A DNA stretch of 57,483 nucleotides, the filler included, from Perkinsus olseni (Eukaryota): NCBI GenBank assembly GCA_013115125.1. It is 6 parts of 6 records of this genome, joined end to end, with 100 filler letters (N's around TTAATTAATTAA, not from the genome) between each part and the next. Parts side by side here need not be neighbours in the genome. Positions count along the whole stretch, not along the records: positions 1 to 9,615 come from JABANN010000912.1; positions 9,716 to 19,314 come from JABANN010000913.1; 4 more parts are not named here. One strand, given 5' to 3'. Positions 1-13,450 of this stretch are shown here, one piece after another. How positions within the stretch are numbered: the stretch's first letter is position 1; each line of letters opens with the position of its first letter. The notes beneath the pieces were generated by a model. It worked only from the letters and a program-made list of their open reading frames with translations. It was not told where the DNA came from and did not search any database. A program made the translations under genes and the position numbers.

Positions 1-42
1 GTGGTGGTGGTGGTGGTGGTGGTGGTGGTGGTGGTGGTGGTG
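1..42. repeat. (GGT)n microsatellite at the contig 1 start
   Basis: Perfect GTG/GGT run; a (TAC)n run follows at ~73-113. Confidence 0.95.
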
Positions 43-72
43 AAGGGGGAAGGAGGTGTGCTCTACGCCTAT

Positions 73-116
<44 letters not shown>

Positions 117-120
117 ACTG

Positions 121-928
121 ATGATGTACTCGGTGATGGTATTATTATATCCCTCCCTGGTGGTCGTGGTGTTAATAGTATTGGTGATGGTATAAGAGGA
201 TTATCACCATTACATAGATCTGACCAATAATGCTTGTGCTCCTGCTGCTGTTGCTTATCACCGAGTACTATAACAATATGTGGTTGGATATAATACCGTA
301 GATAAGCCAATATATGGCCACCAAGACCACCGTACCTAATCGGCCGTCATAATCATCGTAATAATAGTCGTGATATCGATATTACTACCATCCAGGAGTA
401 TTCACCAATACCGGTGATGATGATGATGAGCCCTCATGACCTTTATCCCTTCTCATCGCTTCATCCATTAGCCGACAACATTTGTCGACATAATCTCTCG
501 GATTGAGGGCGGGTGTACAGGCACCTGTATACAACTGCTGCTGCTGGTGATGTGTAGTCGATGCACCAGCAGTAGTAGTAGTAGTAGTAGTAGTAGTAGG
601 ATTGTGTATAACACTAGTTGGTCCAGGATAAAGGCGTACCTGATACACCGGGATGAGTTGTGATGATGATGACTAGAGCCCATAGATTGTATTACCTCAT
701 GACATAGATCCATACTTATAGTACCAGGTAGGGCAACATCAGGCTGACCACAGTCCAAATCCACTACCCTCACTAGTGGGGGACAACTGTCCTTATTGTG
801 ATGATGATGATCGGCAATAGTAGTAGATATGTAACGATTGGTCGCAACCCTTATGAATGATGATTTACCAGATCCTTTACTACCAATAACCATCACTTTC
901 AGAGCTTGATGACCATCCCTCCTTGGCA

Positions 929-976
<48 letters not shown>

Positions 977-1544
977 CTGATGATTCAGTTATTATAGTAT
1001 CGATCGCCTCCTGCCATTCCAATGGTATAGTAAATAATGATGAGGGCATAGACGTATCCTTATCATCACGACCATCATCATCAGCAGCATGGCTACCATC
1101 AATTAGTGGTGTAATGATGTTATCATTAGTAATCGATGATGATGATGTTGTCGATAGAGCTATTACCACTGGATAGTATGCCTCAAACGATGATGATATA
1201 AAAGACGAAGAGGAAGTAGGAGCATGCCGATCGCAGTCGTCGTCGTCGTCGTCGTCGTCGTCATCACTCATCAATGCCTTAATACATATTAATGAGGATG
1301 TTGGCGCTGCTGGTCCTACTGTATATACAGCAGTACTAGGACGTAATCTAGCTCCTAGTACGCTTACTTCCCCTCTTAATATTCTCATCTTCATAGTAAT
1401 ATCAGGATTGGACACAACTATACCATTATCATACATCAACGTTATTATACTCCATCCTGGTGTTGTTGATGGTATTATTTTTACCCAAGGCAGCATCAGC
1501 AGCCGTCGATTAGAGGGGCGATGCTCAGATGACGAGGAGGACAT
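121..1544 (-). CDS. Clp1-family polynucleotide 5'-kinase, Nol9/Grc3-like (multi-exon, 3' end runs off the contig)
   Basis: Walker A VMVIGSKGSGKSS and VVDLDCGQPDVALPGTIS in ORF 468-1565. Splicing ~387 to ~337 gives VLVNTPGW-YGGLGGHILAYLRYYIQPHIVIVLGD, which matches the Clp1/Grc3 NTxGW...P-x-x-V-I-V-L-G segment. Donor GTAAGT at ~120. Confidence 0.8.
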
Positions 1545-1824
1545 GGGACTACCAACGACTATCAACGACTACCAACGAATAGAGGTCATTATGGTGGTGG
1601 TGGTGGTGCAACAAAAGAAATAATATAATACAAACGATGTTGGAGATCAGCAACAGCAGCAAGAGCAGCAGCAGAAAGTGATTATTATTTTGGTAGTGGC
1701 GATGATGATTTAGCCTATTATTTAACCTTGGACTTAGGGTTAGGCAAGGCGAGAATAGTCCGGAATATGTTATCAATAATAGCAATAATAATAGGAATAT
1801 TATTCAATCCTAACGCTATCAGTA

Positions 1825-2116
1825 TCACATTACCTTACATTTCCTATCACCTTCCGTAGCTGCTGCTGCTGATGTTACTCCTGCTCCTCCTGCCGTACTA
1901 GGTTGTTGGTCCGGGACACTTCGATGACGTGAAGATCTTATCTTTCTAGGCCCGGCGATATCGTTAGTCGTTGATGAGGATGACGACACTAATACACTTT
2001 TCCGAGTGGCGTTAGCTATACGGGACGCTGATTCCGATTTATCACTAAACGAGGAAGAAGACAGTGTTCATCATCACCATCATACCACTAGTACCTCAAG
2101 TTTCGTGAAGATGTCG

Positions 2117-2210
<94 letters not shown>

Positions 2211-3194
2211 GATATGATCCTCTTCATTGAGCAACATATTGAAGGCATCAGAATTAGCTCTCAAGAACTGTAATTGTAGTTCTGATAGATTACCAGAAGA
2301 CAGCACAGGCTTCCAAACCTGGTAACAGCAACACCAGGACTAAGGGCAATCCCTACTAGGGCAGTACTACTACTACCTCGCCCAGTATCCTAGTTCTTGT
2401 TTTTGTAACCCACGACCTCCCTTCTGACGTATCAGAGAAGTAATTATAGATAAACGTCATGAACTGTTGCTGTGCCCTACCACAACAACAACATCATTAA
2501 TATGAGCATTAACTACTACCCCAGGGTGATAAGGGAGATTACTAGTAGCACGAGGAGGAGTGGGATAAGTTATTATTACTTCACCTCCCTTTCCGCCATC
2601 AGCTTCAATCCAAACTTCTCGGTCTTACCTCCGACTGGCACTAACCCAGCCAAAGTTATCTGAGTAATAACAACAACGATGATAATAAGAGTATGTTAAT
2701 AGTGGATGATAGGAGAGTTGCTAATATCCATTACTTTAGTATTAGCACCAGCATCATTCTCGAATAAAGCTACATTGAAAACATTAACATGTACTGATGA
2801 CTTAGTAGTAGTATGGGTGGTCATATAGCGTGCTACCTCAGGTGGGGGTAATGAATAATCCACTACCATAACCTGTAGATAATAACACAATAGATTATTA
2901 TCAAGAAGAAGGACGGTGATCGGTAGTGCTACTACCTTGGTAGCTGATATTTCCTTCATAATACTAACTACCCCTGCTTCACGTTTTCTCATCGTACCAT
3001 GCCCTTTAAGCTGTTCCATGAATACTCGAACGCCTCTGGGAACATCATTAGTATGATGGGATACATCTAGGATTGATTCTATACAAGTATGATGTTGGGG
3101 ATTGGCACGGAAGTTTGGATCTTGCCAGATTGTTGCCAATGTTAAAGGATCTATACCCTAATAACAACAAGAGTAAGTGGTGGTGGCAGAATGG

Positions 3195-3243
<49 letters not shown>

Positions 3244-4054
3244 GACAGTATGCTTACCTGTGCTTTACATGTTATCCTATATGGATCGATAACTTCCCTA
3301 TTTAGTTTCCTTCTCCATGTTGTCAACTTGAATGCTGCTGTGCTGCTTGATGCTGTCGTGTTGGACGACTTGAATGGGTTATGGATAAATGATGATGAGG
3401 AAGTGGTAGTAGTAGTAGCACTACGGGTCGTAGTACTAGTTAGTGTCCAATCTTCAAACTCATTAGATAGGAATACTGACGCCGCACTACATGCCTGATA
3501 ATGATAACCCCATTACACTACTACTACTGCTACTGTTGTTCTTGTTGTTACTTCTAGTATACCATCATCAGTGATAGCTTGAGATAATGAGGATGGCATG
3601 AATGATAGTGGATTCTCATCATCATCGTCGTGCTCAACACGATCACCTCCCTCTTCTTCTTCTTCTTCTTCTTCTTCTTCTTCTTCTTGTTGAGGTCTCC
3701 TCCTCCTCATCCTCCTGGCATTGATGATTGGTAGTGATGATGGTACTCTAGCTCTTAGACCGGGAAAGCTAGCTATCATAGATCTGTAGGCTGGTGATGC
3801 TCTAACCAATACACCAGTTAGTAATGGTGTTATCTCTCTATGAACATCCTGCCATATCCTGAACTCCAAATCTTGTATAACCTACATCAGCACGACCATC
3901 ATCATCAGCATAGTAGCAAGTACCACTACTACTACTACTACCTGACTCATAGCACTCTCATCACTCAAGAAGACCTTTAAATCAGCAAATATTTCTGGTG
4001 CTTTCCTCAACTCTTCAGCTAATAAGAATGAAGGTAGTTGTAGTGATGATGATG

Positions 4055-4087
<33 letters not shown>

Positions 4088-4780
4088 AGGTGGTAGTCGT
4101 CGATAGGTATGTAGCTGTTGTGATCTTAGTTTTAGCTCCAGGTAATGATTGTAACCAATACACCCTATATGGATCTAATCGTGCCGCCCTAGGATCAACC
4201 TATAGAGGAGATATGTCAAGTAATAGTAGTAATAGAAGCATTACTTGTGCTTGGCCATGAGTCACACCCCATTCCACCAATACTAAACTCTCACTAGTAT
4301 CACTTCTAACATCATCATCATCAACTTGAGACGATGATGATGAGGTAGATGCTAGTGCAAGATGGCTACAATAGGTGAATTCTGATAGGGGCATCGGCGG
4401 GTCTGGGGGATGCCTTTCATAATATACAAATGTCTTTGGATCTGTTTCATCCATGACTACCACCTATGAAGATAGCTTAGCTATAAGCAGCTGAGTATTG
4501 GTATTACTTTCCCAACCTCACTGTCACCAATAACACTCTGTTTGAATGTTTTACTCTGTAGTACAGCAGCTACGAGTAATGGTTGTATTCCCGATAATAT
4601 GTCACTACACTTAACTGCAGCACCATAACGGTATCTAAGATAATAACAACAAGGAGGAGGAGGAGGGGCATAGACACACATGAGCCGCAAATTGTACTTC
4701 CATATTGTAGTAGTCTCAGTCATGGTTTCCAGATCACCAGCACCAGCACCACCAGCAGCAGTTGGTTGGATGAAGGGTGG

Positions 4781-4828
<48 letters not shown>

Positions 4829-6469
4829 GAATGACGGTGGTGGTGGAGGTGGAGGTAGCGATGTATCACCAGCATCATCAGCCACAGTAGTAGCAACATC
4901 AGTATTATAACATGATTGCTTCTCTTGTGGTTGATTCTCATTATGAATGGAGTTGGTATTATTATCATGAGCATTGTTGCTGTTGTCCAAGTTATTAGAG
5001 GTTAATAACCTATGCACTACTGGCTCCTCACAACTACCATCACAATACCAATTATCCTCATCCTGTAAGAAGTGTAAAGATCGTTTAACCACATCATCCA
5101 TGTCAACAAGACCAACCAATTGACGATCCACCACACCATGTAATGGATAAGAACCACTACTGTGCTCATCATCATCAGCACCTGCTGCTAGTGATGATGA
5201 TGGTCGTCTACCAGCCTCAATATCATCATAAAGACCATCATGACCATCATTCGACATCATTGATGTTGGCATTCGGCATCCTTTATCCTTGACATCATCA
5301 TTAGTGTTGAGTGATGGTAGTACAGTAGTAGTATTGTTGTTGTTGTTAAAAGCATGAATGAGGAGTGTATCAAACTTGGTACCCTCATTATACGACTGTC
5401 TGAGCATGTAATAACAACTCATACCAAGTAATATGCTACATGTCAGGTTGACTAATGGGGATGATGACTGATGATGATAGTAATCAAACCATATAGCTGA
5501 TGTTATGAACCATAGTATTGATGTTAGCGTCCATGACCAGGCTGCCATCTGCATGTCTGTACCAATATGCCTTATTAACCATTGTCTATTCTTCTTTTCC
5601 AAGTATTCAACTATTTGCGGATCGAATGGTCTTAACATATTCTCAGGATAGGTAGCAATATTATTGTAATAGGATGCTGTTACTATTAATATACCACCTA
5701 TTATATTACCAATACTACTACATATTGATGATGCTGCTGACGACCTAATACCACCAATACCACAACATACGATAATCAACTCCACTAAAGCAGATAATAA
5801 ATATATAACACTACCAAGTAGCTGTGCCTGTGATGCTTTCAATAAACCAGTACCAAGATGTATAGCCCAGAATGATGAGTCATCTGGTGGATGGACCGAC
5901 AATGATGAAGTCTGCTTGTTGGTAGTAGTATTATGATGATGATAGAATGCAGTACTTAATATCCTATCAGGTGCACTTGCTATATATGCTTTACACGCAC
6001 CAAAAGATATTAATGATAATGCAACACTATAGACGATAAATAGATCCATCCATACACCACCCTTGGCAACCAGTACAACTCTTACTATCGTATAAATATC
6101 GTATACTACCGAAGTTGCTGCTAATAGAAAGCATCCTCGTTGGGTATCAGTCCCTAACCATTATAATAACAATTACTACCGTAATAATCACCACCCAATA
6201 CTACCAAAATACTCCTCCACAAACGACTTGGTATTATCCTTTCTAGTACTAGTAGTAGTCAGGACGTCTGAGGATTCCTCCGGTATTATCATCTGCCGAT
6301 CGTGTTCATCCTAATCAGTATCGTTGTAATAAGTTATCATTATCACTGCTACTACTACCTGTATCCTACCATCCCTTACTCCCCTCCTAGATGATAGTAA
6401 TGGTTCGGTTAATGATGAACTACTGGGGCGTCGTGCCTTAGGAGGCGGCAACAGGCTAACACCAGGCAT
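1825..6469 (-). CDS. Multi-exon polytopic membrane protein with two putative START/SRPBCC-like lipid-binding domains
   Basis: Hand-joined exons from ATG 6469 (MPGVSLL...). The hydrophobic N-terminus has three repeats of a [YH]-x-G-T-[DG] motif. Region 1 reads FVYYERHPPDPPMPLSEF...LVLVEW...YWLQSLPGAKTKITTATYL...LPSFLL. Region 2 reads VRVFMEQLKGHGTMRKRE...VMVVDYSL...VHVNVFNVALFE. Stop TGA at 1825-1827. The domain call is by pattern only. Confidence 0.55.
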
Positions 6470-6889
6470 ATACAACAATCACTACAACAACAACAACCAA
6501 TGCCTGCCTGACACCTCAACTCACCACCATCACCACCAATATCGATTACTTGGGCGCACGCGAAGTGCGCCGCGCCCATTTCCAGTACTACTGATCGGCG
6601 GCGGTGGGGAAGGCGGCGCAGTATTGCTTGACGATCACTGTTCTTGTCAGCCATTACTTTGTAAATTATTACTGTCTACTACACACAAGGAGGTGGTAGT
6701 GTATTATGCAGAAATTACTGGTAATACTATCGATGGTAGTAGTAGGAGCAGGAACTCGATCTTTACGCATTTTAGTTATCATTGGCAGTATTATCATCGG
6801 ATACTGTCGTTATCACTAACGCTATTGATGATGATTTATTATCATTCCTAACCTTGGCATCCTTGAGGGGGAAGGAGACAAGAGCTGAT

Positions 6890-8761
6890 ATGAATAGGAT
6901 GATGATGAATACTCCTCGTCATAGGTTAGGACGATATCTCCATCATGTTGTTATTGTTATTATTATTATAGCAGCGTTATCATTATCAGGTCATACAGCA
7001 CTAGATCACACCACGGTAGTGATAGTAGTAGTAGTAGTAGCCTTATAGAATTATTGTCAACTCCCAAGAACTGGTCGTCGTCGTCGTCGGAGAAGGGGTA
7101 ATAACCTAACCCTCTACAATCATTATGAACCTGGTCATGTGACGTAGATATCCCATTAGTAATGATGATGATGATGATGATGATCCTACTAGTGACGTAG
7201 ATAGGATACACCCGTCACCATCACCACCGAGGGTAGCCGCCATCACTGTCGTCGTCGTCTGTCATCATTGTATACAGCGGTATGTAGGTTGGTGGTAAGA
7301 GGGATGAATCTAACTTTATGGTTTACACTAGGAGAAGTCATCACCTATCTCACCAAGCAGCAGGAGCAGCAGCAGCAGCAGCAGCACAGTTAAATATATT
7401 GGGTAGTACCAATACAAGCCTCGACAAGGATCAGTGCTTGATCCACCCTCGAAGATACAACAAGATCATATCACAATAAAACAACCGCCATAACACGCGA
7501 TGATAGTAGGCAAGGTCATGATGAGGAAATCAGCAACACCGCCGCCTCCGCCGACGCCGTCGATGGTCGTGATGATAATGAAGTTGCATTTGATATTATT
7601 ACATGTTACCTACCTAAAGGCTCAGTGGTAGGTTGATGATAATATAATCATCGACTGCTATTACTGGTATCACCAGGTATCCGCCTCGCGGAGGGTGTGC
7701 TCATCATCAATAGATGGTGGTAGTCTGGTGGCGCCTGATGCTGAACTATCCTGTTCAAGGAGACTGTCCCCGTCCACTGTTGTGGACTTTATATATGGTA
7801 TCATCATTAGTATTGTGTATGATGGTCATGATCATCATATTAGTATTATTATTAGGTAGTCAACCAGTCCAAACGTTAGGGAAGACATTAGATTTTACCG
7901 ATGAGAGTTCACTGAGGAAGTCTACACAGGCCATTTCCACCGACACGACACTACACCTATTATTTAATGATTGTACAGGAGATATTAAAAGTAGGATGGA
8001 GAGTATCCGTGATGATAGTAGGCTATCATCATCATTAGGTATACCAGACTTAGATGCGCATTATGATTATATTGCATTTATTATTGTTAATAGTAACGCT
8101 GAGAAGGATGCTAGCGATAGGATTAATCAACACTATGATGCATCCCTTGATGATAGTAATAACCCTGATCAGCACTGATGACGATGATCAGTAACAGTCC
8201 TTATGAAGATACATCCTCGTCATCTTTGCCATCATCACCTATTATCTCATATAAGACAGCCATATTATTTTATCCCTTACAGCACTTCTATCGAAGTGGG
8301 GATTATCATCATCATGCTGGTCATCATGCTATTAACAGGAGATTAGCTGATGTAGTGAATTCTATAATGCACATTGATCACTGTGGGTATCATCATCATC
8401 AACAACACCATGGTGTGCCCTCTTCAAATCCTAGTCAATGTATTAAGGATTTGGTAGTAATATCATCTGTATTATGTACCACTCCTAGTATTAATCCTAT
8501 TTTAGGGTGTGGTAGGGAGGGATGGTGATGGTGAGGATGGCGCAACACTCGCTATAGGGTATGTTACCATAGTCGAGGATAAACAACAACAACCGATAGC
8601 ACACCATCATCATACACCTAAGAGCATGTAAGGGGGTATTATACCATTTAGGCTCATCGTTGTTCATGGAAGTAGGGGTGATGCAGTGAAGCATGATGGT
8701 GGTCCTCGTCATTATGACGGTGGTCAGTCGAGCAGCAACATTCTGTTGGAGTATCGTCGTC

Positions 8762-8825
<64 letters not shown>

Positions 8826-8911
8826 TAAAGTGTAATATCGGACATCATCAACTAGGAGAACACTGTTTTGAAGGCTACAATGGTACAGGTATCCAAGTCA
8901 TGATGATGTGG

Positions 8912-8968
<57 letters not shown>

Positions 8969-9350
8969 TGGATAGAATACCAGTGCTTCGATCAGGGGTA
9001 GTAGTGGCGTGAATGGTCATTTCATAATAAATACTCCTACTACTCACGATAGGTATCAGCAGGTGGAAAGTCATTCAGACGACAGACATCATCATCATCA
9101 TCATCATCATCAGCATCATCCAAGAGTGAGTCCATGAAGCTAGTAAAATGTATCATCGGAAAGATGTGTACATTAATGATCAGATCATCATCATAATGAT
9201 GATACCATACCAATGGCAACTTACACTAGTGGTGGTGGAGGAGGAGGAGGATACTACACTTTGTGCTATATACCCCGTGGAAGTGTAATGATGATCATTA
9301 TGACGATTATGATGATTATGATGATCGTGTTGTCATTGTTAGGCTATGAT
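6890..9350 (+). CDS. Hypothetical multi-exon protein, low-complexity rich; boundaries uncertain
   Basis: Consecutive + strand coding-like blocks (7858-8178, 8178-8520, 8693-8890) with GT/AG-flanked gaps; no recognisable motif. Confidence 0.3.
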
Positions 9351-9544
9351 ATCACGCAGAGTATGCTCATCTAAGTTACGACCATATCAGCGACGTAAAG
9401 GTTGGGAACTGGATGCCCCCTCACAGCAGTTAGCATGTTCAGCAGGGATCACACCATCATATATAGCATCATCAATTACTATGAGTAATATTATCATAAC
9501 CTAGAGTAGTGTGTATTACAAAGTTCATTGTACATTACCCCATT

Positions 9545-9545
9545 C

Positions 9546-9615
<70 letters not shown>
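9545..9615. repeat. (CAA)n microsatellite at the contig 1 end
   Basis: Perfect CAA run up to the gap. Similar runs at 2117-2211, 3195-3244, 4780-4827 and 8761-8825; (GAT)n runs at 929-976 and 8913-8967. Confidence 0.95.
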
Positions 9616-9715
9616 NNNNNNNNNNNNNNNNNNNNNNNNNNNNNNNNNNNNNNNNNNNNTTAATTAATTAANNNNNNNNNNNNNNNNNNNNNNNNNNNNN
9701 NNNNNNNNNNNNNNN
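9616..9715. other. Artificial contig linker (N44-TTAATTAATTAA-N44)
   Basis: Six-frame stop linker inside Ns, identical at five places. Confidence 0.99.
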
Positions 9716-10487
9716 CTCAAGTTCTGAACTGTTGGGTTCAGTCAATGTCTGACAACCCTCAAGGGAGCGGAACACCTGCCGTTAATATATGAAGGAGAAT
9801 TTTGATACACAATCTAGTTCTTTCAGCGGTCTCCCATGGGAAATGCTTTCGCGCAATGCAGACGCTGTCCCTCTGGTTCCGGAGGGATTGTGATTTTTGT
9901 GCTCTCCCAGGTACATCTCCCTGACGGGCTGAGATCCAATCAGCCGCGTCAAGAACTATCTTTTGAAAGATCGTTAAGTTGTATCATCTTCATCATCACC
10001 TGCTGCTGCTGCCCGTCACGTTTTGTTGTCGACTTGACGATTTTCACCCGGCCTGGCGGCGGCGGCCACGGCGGCGCTGATGAAGTTTTGGTATATATTT
10101 TTGAAGTAGTCTTAGTAGACATGATAGACATGTCAAGTGTCCACGGCCACTGCGGGTTTGTGTTGGTATACGGACTAGCTCACCCATCCCCGGCAACTTC
10201 CGTACAAGAGAACCCGACACGATAAACTTTCGACTATCATGGCGTTGCGAACGAGTAGCCTACCAGGGAGGGGCGCGCCCTTCACGCGACTAAGCTTACG
10301 GACACTGACCGAGCGGAGGGTAACGGCATGCAAAGGCATCCTCTTCGGAAGCGTTCGTGACGGCAACCGAGAAAACATCTCTTCAAGCCCCTCACCTCTC
10401 CTCCGACCATCCTGAAATCTGAAAATTTCGAGCGAGTCACTTTTCCGAAACGCCAATCTCAATAGGTTTTCCGAGTAGTCCTCAGCC

Positions 10488-12534
10488 ATGCCCCCGCTGG
10501 TAGAAGCCACGTCTGCTTTCAAAGGAGTTATCGATCAGTCTACTGAGTCCTTGCAGAGGATTCGACGGGTACATCGACAGAGCGTATCTTAGGTTGATCA
10601 AGGTTCTATACAGATTCTGGAAGCTGTCGGGGGCCCGCTGGAGGCGCTAGCGGCCTCAGGGTCGAGGTTTGTTCATGTCACTGGTAACTTCCCGGGGGGG
10701 GAGCATTGCATCAGTTTCCCTGAGCGCTCCCTTTCAGGGACCAATGGGAAGGGTACGCTGTGCGCAGGCCTCGCTGCAAAACTACAGCAGTTTCGAGTGG
10801 GGACCTTCACCAGTCCGTGTCAGCGATGGCCGAACGACCAGATATCAGTTAACGGCGACATCATGCCCGCCGCAGAGTGAGCTTGAAAAAGGACAGGCTC
10901 TTGCTGCTACGGCCGTGGACTGAATCAGGTATGAGCGAGAATTGCAGTGCATAATGGAAGGGGCCCGCAAGGAGGGAGAGGTCGGATTGACAGACTTTGA
11001 GGCGACGACTATCGCTGCGTTCTCCTGGTTCGCTAAGATGAGGTGGGTACCCTGTAGATGGTAAAGGTCGCGATTGATGCGCTCAGGCCGCTAGATTTCG
11101 TCATCATCGAAGTTGGCATGGGTGGCCGGGACGACGCTACTAACGTGAGCTTTCCTTCCCTCTCAGTGGTGATCATCAGCATGCCTCGAGTCAGGTCCTC
11201 CCTAGAACGGACGTGGCTGTTTTAACGGGTGTCGCCCTCGACCATACCAACTTTTTGGGACCGACACTCGAGGATGTAGGGGGACTTATGTATACCCTTA
11301 GGCTGTCGTGGTCGATTTCCAGATATGTCGGGCAAAGTGTGGTATCATCACCCCGCACACCCGCACGGCTGTGGTCTCCGGGGCCTACGTCGATGCGTCG
11401 TGCCTTGATATTGTGCAAGACAGATGCGCCCTGACCGGCACCAACTTGCGGGTGGTGGAGGGCTCCGCTGAAAGCGACGACTACAAAGGCCACTACGCCG
11501 CCCTCGAGGATGAGATCATGAAGGCCCTCGGTGTCTCTGATGATCAGGAGGGCCGGCGTTCCGGTAGGGGTACTTCGAATGGATTCCGTCACAGTGGGCC
11601 TTCAACAGGTGTCGGGAAGCATCTAGAGTTGCGAGGTCGACAAGAGCTCACCCAGCATCCACTGGACCTCACCTTTCCCATGATACTGGACGGTGCTCAC
11701 AACGAGAAGGGTCTCAGGTCCCTGGCGCACTTCATACAGCAGACCTTAGAGGGGCAGCCGGAGATCACTGAGGTGCTCGCTGATACTCGTACAGACCTCA
11801 ACCCAGTACAGTGTTCGATTCTTGATAGCCTTAAACTCAAAAGCCCGAAAAAGGCAACAGGAAAATACCTTTGAAACTTGAAACTTACCAAGTGCTCATC
11901 ATTTTCGACCGAAGCTTCACACAACGAGGCAGTGTGTGTAACCTACTCCTCTGACCATCCAAAGTCTACTTTTTCGTTTGATACTTCTAGTTGCCATGGT
12001 CGCATTTATTTACCGCATCCAGTATCGGGGTGTCAGTTACGGTTCATCGTGGCCCTCTCCGGCGGTAGGAGCCCCAGTGAGCTCTTCCCTCTGTTTTTAA
12101 AGCCCTTCGCGGTGCCCACGACCAGTGTCTACACCACCACCTTCAGAGACGTCCCGCAAATGCCCTGGGTAGGATCAAATCAATTTCCAATGCAACGTCG
12201 AAGGGAATCCCGATCAGGTGAAAGCCGTGGATCCAACAGAAGCTACCAAGGCAGCTGAACAGTAAGTCATGGCATTGACGCTGTCATAAACTTGCATGCG
12301 CCGACTCAGGTGTTTGCCATCGACGAAGATCATCGAGCCCATGGAGGACCTGACGACCGCTTTAAAAAGGTCTGTTTACCCCAATACGGACGGTGAGTGT
12401 CTTGACCAGTCTCTCCTGCTACTTTCACGTCGTTCTTCTCAGTAACTCACCGCCCCCTCGTGGTCGTGTGCGGTTCGCTTTACCTAGTACGAGAGTATCT
12501 ATTGTTACTTGACGAGGGGCTGCTCGGAATTTGA
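10488..12534 (+). CDS. folC: Folylpolyglutamate synthase / dihydrofolate synthase (FolC family), multi-exon
   Basis: Spliced motifs FVHVT|GTNGKGT, VGTFTSP, LTDFEATT, IIEVGMGGRDDATN|V, VALDHTNFLGPTLED|ICRAKCGII, ILDGAHN and LVVCGSLYLV. Confidence 0.92.
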
Positions 12535-12633
12535 TTTCCAACCATCGCTGTTGCGTTCGAGTTAACACTCTCAACTCAATAACGACCGCACTTTGAAAAA
12601 TATATCTTTGCATAGTACGGGACAGTGGATACT

Positions 12634-13450
12634 TCATTCGAGCCCTTCCGAGGTCGTTGCCGTGTTCCCTTCTGCGGCCGGCGGCGTAGGGCTGACAGTA
12701 GGGCGAGGACATCGTGACCACCGAAGTGGCCCTACTCCCAGTCTATCACCTTGTGGTTGTAGTCGCTCGAGGCGATTCTGCTTCCGTTGAATTGCTGCAA
12801 CTGGTCGTTGAACACGTCGCATTATACAGTACTCGCTGGTCACTCTCTTCCCCTGCTGATATCATATCGCGCTCCGTCTGAGAGAACACAATGACCACCA
12901 CGGTACTACGAACCCTCCCTTCCTCACTGGCCCCAGCTTAGTCGTCGCCAACTGCCACGCTGAGTTGTATATATCCGCTGCCTTGGTCGCTGCCACTAGA
13001 AACTGACAAAGTTCTGATGCTGCATAGCACCACTGGGCCAGGGCATCCGGGCTGAAGTCGGGGTCCAGTAGAATAGAATGCAACCTGATGGTAAAGACGG
13101 TTTGCGAAGGAGGACGGAAGAGCCACGATTACTTATTGAGTGTCCACAGAGACACATCCTGAGCACGACGATCCATCAGTCGTTCGACGAACTGCTCTGG
13201 AGAGGCTCTGATATCAGATACCATGCTTTGGTAGGAGGGAGTGGGCTCTTCACTGATCGTGACGGGAGATGGCATCGTGCCTGAAGTGGCCTTTGCTGTA
13301 CCATCGCAAGCCCACTCGGCCCTCACCCGTAACAATAGCGACGTCTCTGTAGTTCATAAACAGAGTGTAGGCCATCGCTGTGAGATTTAGTGTTCGCGAT
13401 AGGGGCACGCTAGTGATGGAAGACACCCCATCAGGATTGGCCTTCAAGTA
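12634..13450 (-). CDS. Hypothetical multi-exon protein
   Basis: Chain of minus-strand ORFs (13129-13335, 12862-13083, 12634-12843) separated by short GT-AG-like gaps; no motif. Confidence 0.3.

Noticed and set aside
2006-4974. Poly-Cys, poly-Val and poly-Asn ORFs in the ORF track
   Set aside because: They are antisense or off-frame translations of (GTT/AAC)n microsatellites.
9716-10131. Possible 5' end of a minus-strand gene diverging from folC
   Set aside because: Exon-like pieces exist, but there is no recognisable product and the contig end truncates it.
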